From an uncultured bacterium (GTDB taxonomy: Bacteria > Bdellovibrionota_C > UBA2361 > CALJRW01): a stretch of 64,000 nucleotides of DNA. Shown here one piece after another: positions 1-9,476 of the stretch; the stretch's first letter is position 1; every line of letters begins with the position of its first letter. Below the pieces are notes generated by a model. The model did no database searches. It saw nothing but the letters and a program-made list of their open reading frames with translations, and was not told the origin of the DNA. The stretch is from contig CALJRW010000025.1 in the NCBI GenBank assembly GCA_937976335.1, positions 7,103-71,102 on the forward strand, given 5' to 3'. The translations under genes were made by a program, and so were the position numbers.

Positions 1-1033
1 AGAGCGCTTTATGCATCGCAGCATAACTTCTATTCGACTTTGGAGCTGTTGCAAGATAAGTAATACATTGTGCAATAGGAATTCGTCCTTCAGGTAAACC
101 TAATGCATTAAATGCGGCAAGTGTTGAAGTCGCTAAAGTTAGAGCTCTAGGGTCAGCATTTCCAACATCTTCACTCGCAAAGATAATCATTCTTCGAATT
201 AAATATCTTGGATCTTCTCCCGACTCGAGCATTCTAAAACCCCAAAAAAGCGCAGCATCTGGGTCACTTCCTCGCATACTTTTAATAAAGGCAGAAATCA
301 TATGATAGTGTTCATCAAGATCGTAGAATAAAGTTTTATTTTGTTCTAAAATTTTAAGTACTTCTTCTTTCGTAAATTGATTTTTCTCTGGCCTTAACTT
401 TCGAAGTTGCTCTATCGTATTTAACATTAGACGAGCATCTCCACCTCCAAATTCGCATAAAAATTTCTTAGAATTTTCATCAAACTTTAACTTCAAATAA
501 TTTTCAGCTCTAATTATGATATTATTTAAAGACTCTGATTCAAGAGATTTTAAAATTACAACTTTGGCTCTTGATAATAGCGCAGAGTTTAAATAAAAAC
601 TTGGATTTTCTGTGGTTGCCCCAAGAAGAACTATCGTGCCTGCTTCAATATGAGGTAGAAATGCATCTTGTTGAGATTTATTAAATCGATGTATTTCATC
701 TACAAATAAAACCGTTGGCTTGTTTTTTATTTTAGCTTCAGCGACAACTGTTTTTATGTCTTTTACTCCTGAAAGCACTGCCGATAACTCTCTAAAGGAA
801 CAGTCAAATAACTTTCCAACAAGTTTTGCTAAAGTTGTTTTTCCACATCCTGGAGGGCCCCAAAGAATCATTGAAGGAGGCAAGCCTTCGCCAGTTTGAA
901 GTAACTTATAAAGCTCAGGATGAGTTTTAGAAACTCCTTCAAGGTCACTTAATTTATTAGGCCTTAGGAGATCGGCTAAAGGTCTGTATTTTTCCTTAGA
1001 AGTTGCTTTTTGAAATAGTTCTAAGTTTGACAT
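1..1033 (-). CDS. rarA: Replication-associated recombination protein A (RarA/MgsA AAA+ ATPase). The gene starts at ~1033 (ATG) and runs off the window edge, so it is 3'-partial.
   Basis: Manual translation of the reverse strand from 1033 gives MSNLELFQKATSKEKYRPLADLLRPNKLSDLEGVSKTHPELYKLLQTGEGLPPSMILWGPPGCGKTTLAKLVGK...VLFVDEIHRFNKSQQDAFLPHIEAGTIVLLGATTENPSF..., with Walker A GPPGCGKTT and Walker B/sensor motifs typical of RarA. It is not in the ORF track because it is truncated by the window edge. Confidence 0.88.
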   Translation of the reverse strand, partial: MSNLELFQKATSKEKYRPLADLLRPNKLSDLEGVSKTHPELYKLLQTGEGLPPSMILWGPPGCGKTTLAKLVGKLFDCSFRELSAVLSGVKDIKTVVAEAKIKNKPTVLFVDEIHRFNKSQQDAFLPHIEAGTIVLLGATTENPSFYLNSALLSRAKVVILKSLESESLNNIIIRAENYLKLKFDENSKKFLCEFGGGDARLMLNTIEQLRKLRPEKNQFTKEEVLKILEQNKTLFYDLDEHYHMISAFIKSMRGSDPDAALFWGFRMLESGEDPRYLIRRMIIFASEDVGNADPRALTLATSTLAAFNALGLPEGRIPIAQCITYLATAPKSNRSYAAMHKAL

Positions 1034-1153
1034 AAAGGAACCTTTTTTTGACTCATTTTCTATATTCTTCGACTAATGACAAAAGATCAAGTTCTGAACT
1101 TTTGTTTAATAGGGCTGTTAAAAAATAGAATTCGTCACGAGAAAAAATAATTT

Positions 1154-2581
1154 TTAATCACCTAAAGCCTGCAAAATCGAACATATAGATCTAAATCCTT
1201 GCTCAAGCTGTCTGATAGAAAAAGATTCATTTGGCGCATGAATTGCGTCACCTGGCTCCCAAAACCCCAAGAGCAATGCGTTATTCTTTGTTAACTCTAC
1301 TAAACTAGCAACTATTGGCACAGAAGCTCCTAACCAACAATAGGCTACATCAGAGTTAAAAGTTTCCCCTAAGACCTTTTCAGCAACTTTTATATATTTA
1401 TTTTCAGATTTAAGCATTACCGCCCCACCCACTGCATCAAAAGAATTAAATTTAATTTTCATAGATTTAGGAAGTTTTCTTTCAAGGTGTGTTTTTATTG
1501 AATTTAATACATTTTTCGGGTCCTGTCCTGCAAAAAGACGACTTGAAAGAGTTGCTTTCGCGCTATTAGAAATTACAGACTTATTTCCTTCTCCAGTATA
1601 ACCAGAACTTATCCCATTAATTTCAATATTTGGTCTCCAGCCCATACGTTCTAAAGCAGAATATTGAATTTCTCCCCCATCTAATGTAGTGCCCGACATA
1701 TGAGATATCTCTTCTTCACTTAATGGAGTTGAGTTCATCTTAGACAGGTCTTCTTTCGAAATTTCTTCCATACCATCATAGAAACCTTCAACTGCAATAC
1801 TTCCATCTTCGTTATATAAACTTGCTAAGAGTTTCCCCAATTCAAGTGCTGGATTTTTTATCAAACCACCAAAAATTCCCGAATGCAGATCGCTTACTGC
1901 TCCAGAGATAGTAAAGTTAAGACTAACTACCCCTTTCATACCCATAGTAATAGTTGGGAAATTTGGTTTCACAACCCCCATATCACAAACCATTAAAACA
2001 TCAGATGCCAATCTTTTACTTATCAGGGGAAGCTTCTCTAAAATGCCTTGGCAACCAGACTCTTCCTCGCCTTCAATTAGAATTTTTAAATTACAGTTTA
2101 GTGCGTCATTTTCAATTAAATATTTTAAAGCTTGAAAGAAATAACTTACTTGTCCCTTATTATCACAAGCACCACGCCCGTATAGCCGACCATCTCTTAT
2201 TTCTGGAGAAAAAGGTTCAGATTCCCACTCTTCATATGGGTCAGCTGGTTGCACATCATAGTGCCCATAAAAAAGCACTGTAGGTTTGTTTTGATCGACT
2301 ACCATTTCCGCATACACCAAGGGCATAGTTTGAGTTTCTATCAGCTCACTTTTTAGTCCAATCTTAGCAAATTGAGTTAACAGCCAATCTGCACATTCAA
2401 GTGAATCTTTTTTAAATTCAGAGTCAGTACTTACACTCTTAAATTTTACAAAATCCTTTAAAAAAGAAATTATTTCATCCTGATTTTCAGAAAAATATTT
2501 TTTTACTTCAGAATCTGATTTTTTCATTGATTTTTCCTTGCGCTTTACTGCAACTACTATTAATTTATAATTGTAATTCAA
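1154..2581 (-). CDS. M20 family metallopeptidase (dipeptidase / ArgE-DapE-CPG2 superfamily)
   Basis: 475-aa ORF. HYDVQPADPYEEW and GRGACDNKG motifs match the M20 zinc-peptidase active-site region. It is one long uninterrupted frame. Confidence 0.75.
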   Translation of the reverse strand: MNYNYKLIVVAVKRKEKSMKKSDSEVKKYFSENQDEIISFLKDFVKFKSVSTDSEFKKDSLECADWLLTQFAKIGLKSELIETQTMPLVYAEMVVDQNKPTVLFYGHYDVQPADPYEEWESEPFSPEIRDGRLYGRGACDNKGQVSYFFQALKYLIENDALNCNLKILIEGEEESGCQGILEKLPLISKRLASDVLMVCDMGVVKPNFPTITMGMKGVVSLNFTISGAVSDLHSGIFGGLIKNPALELGKLLASLYNEDGSIAVEGFYDGMEEISKEDLSKMNSTPLSEEEISHMSGTTLDGGEIQYSALERMGWRPNIEINGISSGYTGEGNKSVISNSAKATLSSRLFAGQDPKNVLNSIKTHLERKLPKSMKIKFNSFDAVGGAVMLKSENKYIKVAEKVLGETFNSDVAYCWLGASVPIVASLVELTKNNALLLGFWEPGDAIHAPNESFSIRQLEQGFRSICSILQALGD

Positions 2582-2609
2582 AGACTAATTAGAACTAAGG
2601 TAAACAGCA

Positions 2610-3218
2610 ATGAATAAAATAACAAAAAAATTAATAATTTCAGTCACTTTTTTTATATTTTTAAGTCTATGCTCTTCTTGCTCAGGTAAAAATGGTAGTT
2701 TTTGGGGATGGGGATCAGGCAAAAAAGGGTCTGGTAAAAATGGTCAATTCTCAGAATCAGATTTAAACTATCAAAGAGAAGCGCGTTTTGGTGATGGAAG
2801 TGGAGAGTACGGGGATGGAACTGGAAGCGGTCAATATGGCTCAAACTTACCATATGCTGAGGGCGATGGTGAAGGATCGGGTGGTCTATTTCGTGATATC
2901 AACTTTGATTACAATTCAAGCCAGATTTCTCCATCTGAAATGCAAGATATAGAATATAATGCAAACGTACTTGAACAATATCCAGATCTAAGGCTTGTCC
3001 TAGAGGGGCATTGTGATGAAAGAGGAACATCTGAATACAACCTGAGTTTAGGAGCACAAAGAGCTAGGTCCGTTTCTGATATTTTAGTTTCTTATGGGGT
3101 TAATAGATCCAGACTTGAAACTATTAGCTATGGAGAAGAATTACCTCTTGAAAGTGGCAACAGTGAAAGAGCCTGGGCTGCTAATAGACGAGTTCATTTT
3201 TCTGGATTTTCAGGATAG
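2610..3218 (+). CDS. pal: Peptidoglycan-associated lipoprotein (OmpA-family C-terminal domain) with a Gly-rich low-complexity linker
   Basis: Lipobox LSLCSSCSG after a signal peptide. The C-terminal section LEGHCDERGTSEYNLSLGAQRARSVSDILVSYGV...RLETISYGEE matches OmpA/Pal peptidoglycan-binding domains. There is a G/S/D-rich spacer (GSGKKGSGKNG...GDGSGEYGDGTGSGQYG). Confidence 0.8.
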   Translation: MNKITKKLIISVTFFIFLSLCSSCSGKNGSFWGWGSGKKGSGKNGQFSESDLNYQREARFGDGSGEYGDGTGSGQYGSNLPYAEGDGEGSGGLFRDINFDYNSSQISPSEMQDIEYNANVLEQYPDLRLVLEGHCDERGTSEYNLSLGAQRARSVSDILVSYGVNRSRLETISYGEELPLESGNSERAWAANRRVHFSGFSG

Positions 3219-3281
3219 ACTCAAAAAACATATTTTGCATTAATTCAAAGATTAGTCTTCACAGAATTAATTTTCACAGAA

Positions 3282-4541
3282 CTAATCTTTTCTGAGACTC
3301 CAACCTATTATATTACCGTCTCTGTCTTTAATTGGCGCGTACCATCTTCCATCTTTTGGAGCTGATTGATAGGGATTGTTTTTCTCATTACTACGATCCT
3401 TAACCGATCTCCATTCACTGTCACTCGCCGTACCACCACGTTGCCCTTTAGCTGACCTCCATTGACTCTCAATAGCTCGATTCTGATTTCCATCTCTACC
3501 ATTCTCAGACCTCCAACCTTCACTGCTAGGACCTACTCTTGGAGTATTGTTTGTAAATTGAGGATTCTTGTTCTTTAAATCTTCTCTACGTATATTAGGG
3601 TTAAAAACAGGGCTAACTCTTGGATCAGGTTCTCCGGCCAGAAACCAATTTATCCATGATGATTGAAAATCTGACATATCTTTAAAGCCATAATGTTTCC
3701 TTATTGTCTTTTCCCAATTTAATGTCTTAAGACCATCTTTCACAAAATGAGAAAAAGGTATTTTCCCCTTAAGCCCTACTAGCATAGCAGCCATCGAACG
3801 ACCTTGAGCATAAATAGCCAACTTATCCTTAGGATAATTTTGCATCTCAATAATCTTATTAAATGGAATAGTTCTTAAATTCTTTGGGTTAAAAACTTCA
3901 TATAGTGCTTCTTGGCGCTCTCTTATACTCCTCGCATCTTGTACATTTGAAGAAACACCTTCATCAATCCAAATTGGGATACCATTTCCATAAAAGATAG
4001 CATTGGCTACATGCATAATTTCATGTGGCAAGACAGATTGAATAACCTCCTTGTTAGTTCCAGATACTTTTTGAGAAATATCAAAAACTCGGCCATCTTT
4101 AAAAATTACTGTAGTTTGTCCTCTAAATTCTTCATCAGTTCTATTAAAAACCTCTATAGGAATCCTCAAATTTTCTGCCCACGCTGGAAGCTTCTCTCCA
4201 AACCATTCCTTAAAATGACTATGCAAGTAATACTCAGCAGCTTGAGCTACTTCATGTGCAAACTCAGGAGATGAAGCCGTTACAATAAAATGATGGCTTC
4301 TTCTGGAATGGGTATTAGCTGTTTTTACATCTTCAGATAATTCACTAGCAATACCAGATTCATATCTAGGACTTCTGAATATATCTTCAGTTCTTCCTTG
4401 TTCTCTTATCTCGTTTACTGAAAAATTACGGCTAGGCAAAGTTCCTTGAGCGTTAGGATTATTCTCATTTAACTTTTGAGTGCGTTCACTATCTAGAACA
4501 GAAACTCCTACACCACCCTGCTTATCACTAAAATCTGGCAT
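3282..4541 (-). CDS. Hypothetical protein with HExxH zinc-metalloprotease motif and C-terminal Trp-containing tandem repeats
   Basis: 419-aa ORF. HEIMHVANAIFYGNG contains HExxH. The C-terminus carries repeated ...SEGWRSENGRDGN / ESQWRSAKGQRGG / DSEWRSVKDRS / DGRWYAPIKDRDGN units. No obvious signal peptide. Confidence 0.55.
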   Translation of the reverse strand: MPDFSDKQGGVGVSVLDSERTQKLNENNPNAQGTLPSRNFSVNEIREQGRTEDIFRSPRYESGIASELSEDVKTANTHSRRSHHFIVTASSPEFAHEVAQAAEYYLHSHFKEWFGEKLPAWAENLRIPIEVFNRTDEEFRGQTTVIFKDGRVFDISQKVSGTNKEVIQSVLPHEIMHVANAIFYGNGIPIWIDEGVSSNVQDARSIRERQEALYEVFNPKNLRTIPFNKIIEMQNYPKDKLAIYAQGRSMAAMLVGLKGKIPFSHFVKDGLKTLNWEKTIRKHYGFKDMSDFQSSWINWFLAGEPDPRVSPVFNPNIRREDLKNKNPQFTNNTPRVGPSSEGWRSENGRDGNQNRAIESQWRSAKGQRGGTASDSEWRSVKDRSNEKNNPYQSAPKDGRWYAPIKDRDGNIIGWSLRKD

Positions 4542-4696
4542 TATAACCTTCTTAAACCACTAATAAACCTATATATATTATTTGATTAGCTTCTCATTAA
4601 CTATTATGATTGAAATTAGGCAATAGGTAGCAAATTTATCTAAGAAATTTAACTCAAGATTGTGAGCATAAATAAAAAGCATTTAGGAGTTCTAAA

Positions 4697-5677
4697 ATGT
4701 TAACACAAGCAAAATTAGCACTAAAAAGCATATGTGCATCTTCTACTAAAATAGCTAAAAAATTTGGTATCGAAGCTACAAGCATTGCAGCTACAGTTAC
4801 TGCTCCTTTTACGGCTGGGATATTACCTCCTTTACCTACAGCTTTAAGCCTCACAGGTGCAACTTTTCTAACTGCTAACCTTTTACCAAGCAAAGCAGAA
4901 GCTCAAAACTTTCGTGATATTCAACAAGGATTAAACATTTTAAATCAAGGTATCTTTACTGGAAGAAATATTTTTGGAAGTGTTGAAAGGGCTCGTAATC
5001 TAAAATTTAATAGGCAAATTGCTGAAGCGGAAGCAAGAGCTTTCACCGCACAAGCAAGACTTCGTGAAGCTCAGGCAAATGCAAGAATTATTGAACTACA
5101 AAGACAAGGATATAATGTAGGAGGTTATCAAGGCGGCTACCAAAGTCCCTATCAAAATCAGCCATATCAACAATATAGAACTACTGTTCCTCAAGTTGCT
5201 CCTCAAGTTTTTTATCCAAATGCAAGAAGTCCTCAGCCAGCAAATTTTAATACATACACTCTACCTCCAGCACCAAATTCATCTCCTTACAACAGAAGTT
5301 CTGAAGCAATTCCCTTAACAGAGTGGACTCCAGTTCCAACGAATAAAAATACAAATACGTATCGAAATCAACCAAATCAAAACTACAACAATAATCAAAG
5401 CTACGCACCTCAAAGCCTAACTCCAAGAGTAAATCAAGCTTCAAATCAAGCACTAGATAATGTGTATAAAATAAAGCTAGCTACTGACGGTAAACCTTAT
5501 ATTACAGAAACTAATTGCTATGTAATTACGAATAGAAATGGAAATTTCAGAATAAGCGCTAGTATTAGCTACGATCATGGAGTTCCGGTCAAAGTACGAG
5601 ATGAAGATACTGGCAAGGTATTAGAAGTTACATATAATAGAAATGACTATACGATGAACGTAAAGGCTAGGAATTAA
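4697..5677 (+). CDS. Hypothetical protein with Q/N/Y/P-rich prion-like low-complexity central region
   Basis: 326-aa ORF with good RBS (AGGAG 8 nt upstream of the ATG). Ala-rich hydrophobic N-terminus, then QGGYQSPYQNQPYQQYRTTVPQVAPQ...NQPNQNYNNNQSYAPQ, then a structured C-terminus (YVITNRNGNFRISASISYDHGVPVKVRDEDTGKVLEV). Confidence 0.6.
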   Translation: MLTQAKLALKSICASSTKIAKKFGIEATSIAATVTAPFTAGILPPLPTALSLTGATFLTANLLPSKAEAQNFRDIQQGLNILNQGIFTGRNIFGSVERARNLKFNRQIAEAEARAFTAQARLREAQANARIIELQRQGYNVGGYQGGYQSPYQNQPYQQYRTTVPQVAPQVFYPNARSPQPANFNTYTLPPAPNSSPYNRSSEAIPLTEWTPVPTNKNTNTYRNQPNQNYNNNQSYAPQSLTPRVNQASNQALDNVYKIKLATDGKPYITETNCYVITNRNGNFRISASISYDHGVPVKVRDEDTGKVLEVTYNRNDYTMNVKARN

Positions 5678-5736
5678 AAAGGCAATTTAAGTGAAATTTT
5701 TTTACGCCTTCTCAAGCATGTCCAAGAAAAACAAAC

Positions 5737-7380
5737 TTACAATTCAGGCGAAACAACTCTATTAAAGGTGTTAAGCTCCCATATAACTTGAAACCTTTCT
5801 AAGGACCAAATACTACCTCTAGTTAATATTAAAATTTTTTCATAAAATTCAGCTAATTGAGTATTCTCTAATAAGTTTTCCTTACTCTTTAAACTTTCTA
5901 TATAAGCAGTTGGAATTTCTTTTGTTATATGTCCAATTCGAAAATTTTTTGGCGCAATTTTTATTCTAGAAAGTAAGGGATCTGCTAAACCAACGTTATC
6001 AACTATATGAATTCCAGGGCCCGAATAAAACCCCAACAAACCAATTACTTGTTCTACAAAATAGATTTGATGTTTACCTAATCGCTTTTCTGTTTTCTTA
6101 TGTGCCCTTCGATGCCTTAGGCCAATCTTTGAAGAATAAGCTTGAATTGGCTTCTTTGTTAAATTAATTCCATATTTTTTAAGGCGTGGCAGAAGTCCAG
6201 TATATTTATAGTAAAAGGCTCTTTCATCTATCACTCCATTTTCAGTAAACATCTGTTGGCCTTTAACATCTTCTTCCCCATAATTAGAGTCTGTAGTTAG
6301 AGGAGAGTACGGATCGAAAACTAATGAGAAAAGTAATATTAGTATCGTAAAGACACTAAGAGCTTTTTCACTATAACCAGCTTTATTATATATCCTTAGA
6401 GAAGTCACAATAAAAACAAAAATTGGGCAACTTAAAAACCTACCACTCATAAAATCACCACCAACTACAATAGTCACATAAAATATATAGATAAAACTTC
6501 CTAATAAAATTAAAGCTTCAATTGTATATTTTTTTAAAACTGCTATAAAAAAAGTAGCTAGCCCTAAAATACAAAATAACGCGCTAGCTGGATCGTTTAA
6601 AAAAGAAACTCTCAGATACTCAATTCCCATAGAAAATTTAACGCTTGAACTTATATCTAAAGAATACAACTTAGCGAAGGCTGTGTTAGGAAAAGGTGTA
6701 CCATAATATATAGTAGAGAAAATAAGCCAACAAAAAGCTGGAGAAATTGATAAAAATAGTTTTCCAAAATAAGCAATATAAGCATTCTGAATCTTTGATA
6801 AATCTCTAATCAATATATAAACAAGTAACGGCAGAGAAAATAATAGCAAATCAATACGATTTACAAAGAGTAAGGAGCTTAGAAAGAATAATTTCAAGGT
6901 ATTTATTCTTACAAAACTTAAGCGTAGAAAAATACCTAGTAGTAAATAACTTAAAGGATTTTCTAAGCCAGAAGTTGAATAGTCTACAAAAGCTTTTGAG
7001 CAGATTAATAGACTAACTAAGACAAAGTTTCGTAAAAATCTTCCATTACTCTCTAAAAACAGTAAGACCGCACTCGAGCTCAAAATCAAACTAAGAATTA
7101 TATTACTTAAGTAAATCTCTTTTGTAAAAAAATAAATAATTGTATTTACTATGAGCCACAATGGATGAGTATAAGACTGAACTCTTTCTTCAACATTCCA
7201 TCGGAGCCCGTAACCATTTATAAAGTTATCTATGGTTCTAAATGAAATATATGCATCATCACAAAGCCATGCACTTTTGATCAAAATGGCTAGAAGAAAA
7301 AGTAGTAATAAAATTTTGCCATATTTATCTAACCTGCTTCTAATGGCATCTAGAAAAGATATAGGCTGAGCTATAATCAT
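5737..7380 (-). CDS. Polytopic membrane protein, putative GT-C fold glycosyltransferase (ArnT/PMT-like)
   Basis: 547-aa ORF with >10 predicted TM helices. The first periplasmic loop has CDDAYISFR, resembling the acidic DD/DE motif of GT-C (GT39/GT83) transferases. It has a large soluble C-terminal domain. Confidence 0.4.
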   Translation of the reverse strand: MIIAQPISFLDAIRSRLDKYGKILLLLFLLAILIKSAWLCDDAYISFRTIDNFINGYGLRWNVEERVQSYTHPLWLIVNTIIYFFTKEIYLSNIILSLILSSSAVLLFLESNGRFLRNFVLVSLLICSKAFVDYSTSGLENPLSYLLLGIFLRLSFVRINTLKLFFLSSLLFVNRIDLLLFSLPLLVYILIRDLSKIQNAYIAYFGKLFLSISPAFCWLIFSTIYYGTPFPNTAFAKLYSLDISSSVKFSMGIEYLRVSFLNDPASALFCILGLATFFIAVLKKYTIEALILLGSFIYIFYVTIVVGGDFMSGRFLSCPIFVFIVTSLRIYNKAGYSEKALSVFTILILLFSLVFDPYSPLTTDSNYGEEDVKGQQMFTENGVIDERAFYYKYTGLLPRLKKYGINLTKKPIQAYSSKIGLRHRRAHKKTEKRLGKHQIYFVEQVIGLLGFYSGPGIHIVDNVGLADPLLSRIKIAPKNFRIGHITKEIPTAYIESLKSKENLLENTQLAEFYEKILILTRGSIWSLERFQVIWELNTFNRVVSPEL

Positions 7381-7528
7381 TTAACTTATTTAACACATTG
7401 TCTTAAGTACTCATACATGACTTAACCCCTCAAAATCATTAAAATATCACATATAAAACTAACCCCCTATAACATCAGTGTTAGAAAATTTGAATAAATC
7501 ACTTTTAAGAGATAGATTTGAACCCTGT

Positions 7529-9472
7529 ATGAGCAATAAATTAATCGATAAAATCTCCCTCCCTGATGAGCTAAGCTCGTTAAATATTTCAGAACTTGAA
7601 CAAGTAACTCTAGAACTAAGAGAGGAATTAATTGATACAATTTCAGATGTTGGAGGACACTTTGCCTCAAGCTTAGGAGCTGCAGAAATTACAGTTGCTC
7701 TACACCACTGCTTCAATACACCTAAAGACAGACTAGTTTGGGACGTTGGTCATCAAGCCTATTTTCATAAAATGCTTACTGGCCGAAGAGAGCGAATGCA
7801 CACCATCAAACAAAAAAATGGCATTTCTGGCTACCTTAAAAGAAAAGAAAGCGAATACGATACTTTTGGTGCTGGCCATGCTGGAACAAGTATTTCTGCT
7901 GGAGTTGGAATGGCCTCTGCTCTAAGAGAAATTGACCCAGATAGAAAAATCGTCTCTATTATTGGAGATGCTTCTATTGCATCAGGCATGGCTTTTGAAG
8001 CCCTAAACCATGCTGGCTCATTAAAGTTAAATAATTTAATAGTTGTACTTAATGACAATGAAATGTCTATAGCTCCAAATGTCGGTGCCATTAGCTGGCT
8101 ATTTTCTAAGGCTGTAACTAGCAATTTATCAAATCATGCTCGCACAGGAATTAAAACTCTTAAAGAAAGAGGAATGATTCCTGAACTAGTATACAAGGCA
8201 ATAGATAAAGCTGAAGAAATGGCTCAAGGTTATATGGTAGGAGCTGCAGTCTTATTTGAAGCATTTGGATTTCGCTATATTGGGCCAGTTGATGGCCATA
8301 ATATGAACGACCTAGTTGTCGCTCTAGAAAGAGCTAAAACTCAAGACGTACCTGTCTTAATACATGCAGCCACTCAAAAAGGTAGAGGTTATAGTCCTGC
8401 TGAAGTCGACCCTGTCAAATGGCATGGCGTAAAACCTTTTAATAAAGATAAAGGAGAATTTCTAGCAGCTTCTAAAACCAAAACCCCTACCCCTCCTAGT
8501 TATTCAAAAGTTTTTTCTGATGCAATAAGAAAAATAACAAGAGATAACAACAAAATCAGGGCCATCACGGCAGCAATGCCTTCTGGAACAGGTCTTGATA
8601 AATTTGCTAAAGAATTTCCTGAAAAATTTTTTGATGTTGGTATTTGCGAACAACATGCCATTACCTTTGCTGCTGGACTTGCATGTGAAGGACTCAAACC
8701 AGTTTGCGCTATTTACTCTACATTCTTGCAAAGAGCTTTTGATCAAATAGTTCATGATGTTTGTATTCAAAACTTACCTGTAGTTTTTTCTATGGATAGA
8801 GCGGGAGCCGTAGGAAATGATGGAGAAACTCATCAAGGAGTTTTTGATATTGCCTATTTAAGAACTCTCCCAAATATAGTTGTTAGTGCTCCTAAAGATG
8901 AGAATGAACTACAACACTTGCTGTATACTGGTATTAATTCTAATAAACCTTTTGCCTTGAGATATCCAAGAGGCTCTGCCGTTGGAGTTGAGATGGATAA
9001 AGAACTTAAAAAAATCGAAATCGGGAAAGGTGAAAAATTAGTTGAAGGCAAAGAAGTTTTAGTAATAGCATATGGAGCTTCTGTTCAAACAGCTTTGAAT
9101 GTTTCTAAAAAGTTTCAATCTGTTTATGGATATAGTTTAAGTGTTATCAATGCTAGGTTTGTTAAACCTCTTGACAAAAAACTGATTGAAGCAGAAATCA
9201 ACAAACACAATGTAATTTGCACTATCGAGGATCATGCTCTAATGGGAGGATTTGGTTCGGCAATCTTAGAATTCGCATCAGAAATGGATCTTTTAAATAA
9301 CAAAAAAGTTTTTAGATTTGGAATCCAAGATAAGTTTGTAGAGCCTGGAAGTCAAAATGAACAATACGAACTGAACGGGTATGATGAAAAGTCTGTTTTT
9401 AATACAATTTCTAAAAATCTTAATCTCAACAAAGTAGTATCTCTTCAAAATAGATTAAAAGTTGCAGGTTAA
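7529..9472 (+). CDS. dxs: 1-deoxy-D-xylulose-5-phosphate synthase
   Basis: Colinear with E. coli DXS from MSNKLIDKISLPDELSSL. Motifs GGHFASSLGAAEITVALH, WDVGHQAY, TPP-binding GDASIASGMAFEALNHAG...LNDNEMSI, ICEQHAITFAAG. The ORF track extends to a GTG at 7478; the ATG at 7529 fits homologues better. Confidence 0.93.
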   Translation: MSNKLIDKISLPDELSSLNISELEQVTLELREELIDTISDVGGHFASSLGAAEITVALHHCFNTPKDRLVWDVGHQAYFHKMLTGRRERMHTIKQKNGISGYLKRKESEYDTFGAGHAGTSISAGVGMASALREIDPDRKIVSIIGDASIASGMAFEALNHAGSLKLNNLIVVLNDNEMSIAPNVGAISWLFSKAVTSNLSNHARTGIKTLKERGMIPELVYKAIDKAEEMAQGYMVGAAVLFEAFGFRYIGPVDGHNMNDLVVALERAKTQDVPVLIHAATQKGRGYSPAEVDPVKWHGVKPFNKDKGEFLAASKTKTPTPPSYSKVFSDAIRKITRDNNKIRAITAAMPSGTGLDKFAKEFPEKFFDVGICEQHAITFAAGLACEGLKPVCAIYSTFLQRAFDQIVHDVCIQNLPVVFSMDRAGAVGNDGETHQGVFDIAYLRTLPNIVVSAPKDENELQHLLYTGINSNKPFALRYPRGSAVGVEMDKELKKIEIGKGEKLVEGKEVLVIAYGASVQTALNVSKKFQSVYGYSLSVINARFVKPLDKKLIEAEINKHNVICTIEDHALMGGFGSAILEFASEMDLLNNKKVFRFGIQDKFVEPGSQNEQYELNGYDEKSVFNTISKNLNLNKVVSLQNRLKVAG

Positions 9473-9476
9473 ATAA

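Noticed and set aside
1954-2283. 109-aa + strand ORF inside the M20 peptidase gene. The same applies to other short antisense ORFs in the track, e.g. 2653-2853, 3308-3523, 4011-4274, 5247-5453, 7459-7716, 7831-8124, 8500-8770, 13729-14091, 15113-15498, 47540-47722, 49450-50172 and 53169-54008
   Set aside because: All are embedded antisense or out of frame within long, motif-supported genes and have low-complexity translations. No RBS or independent support.
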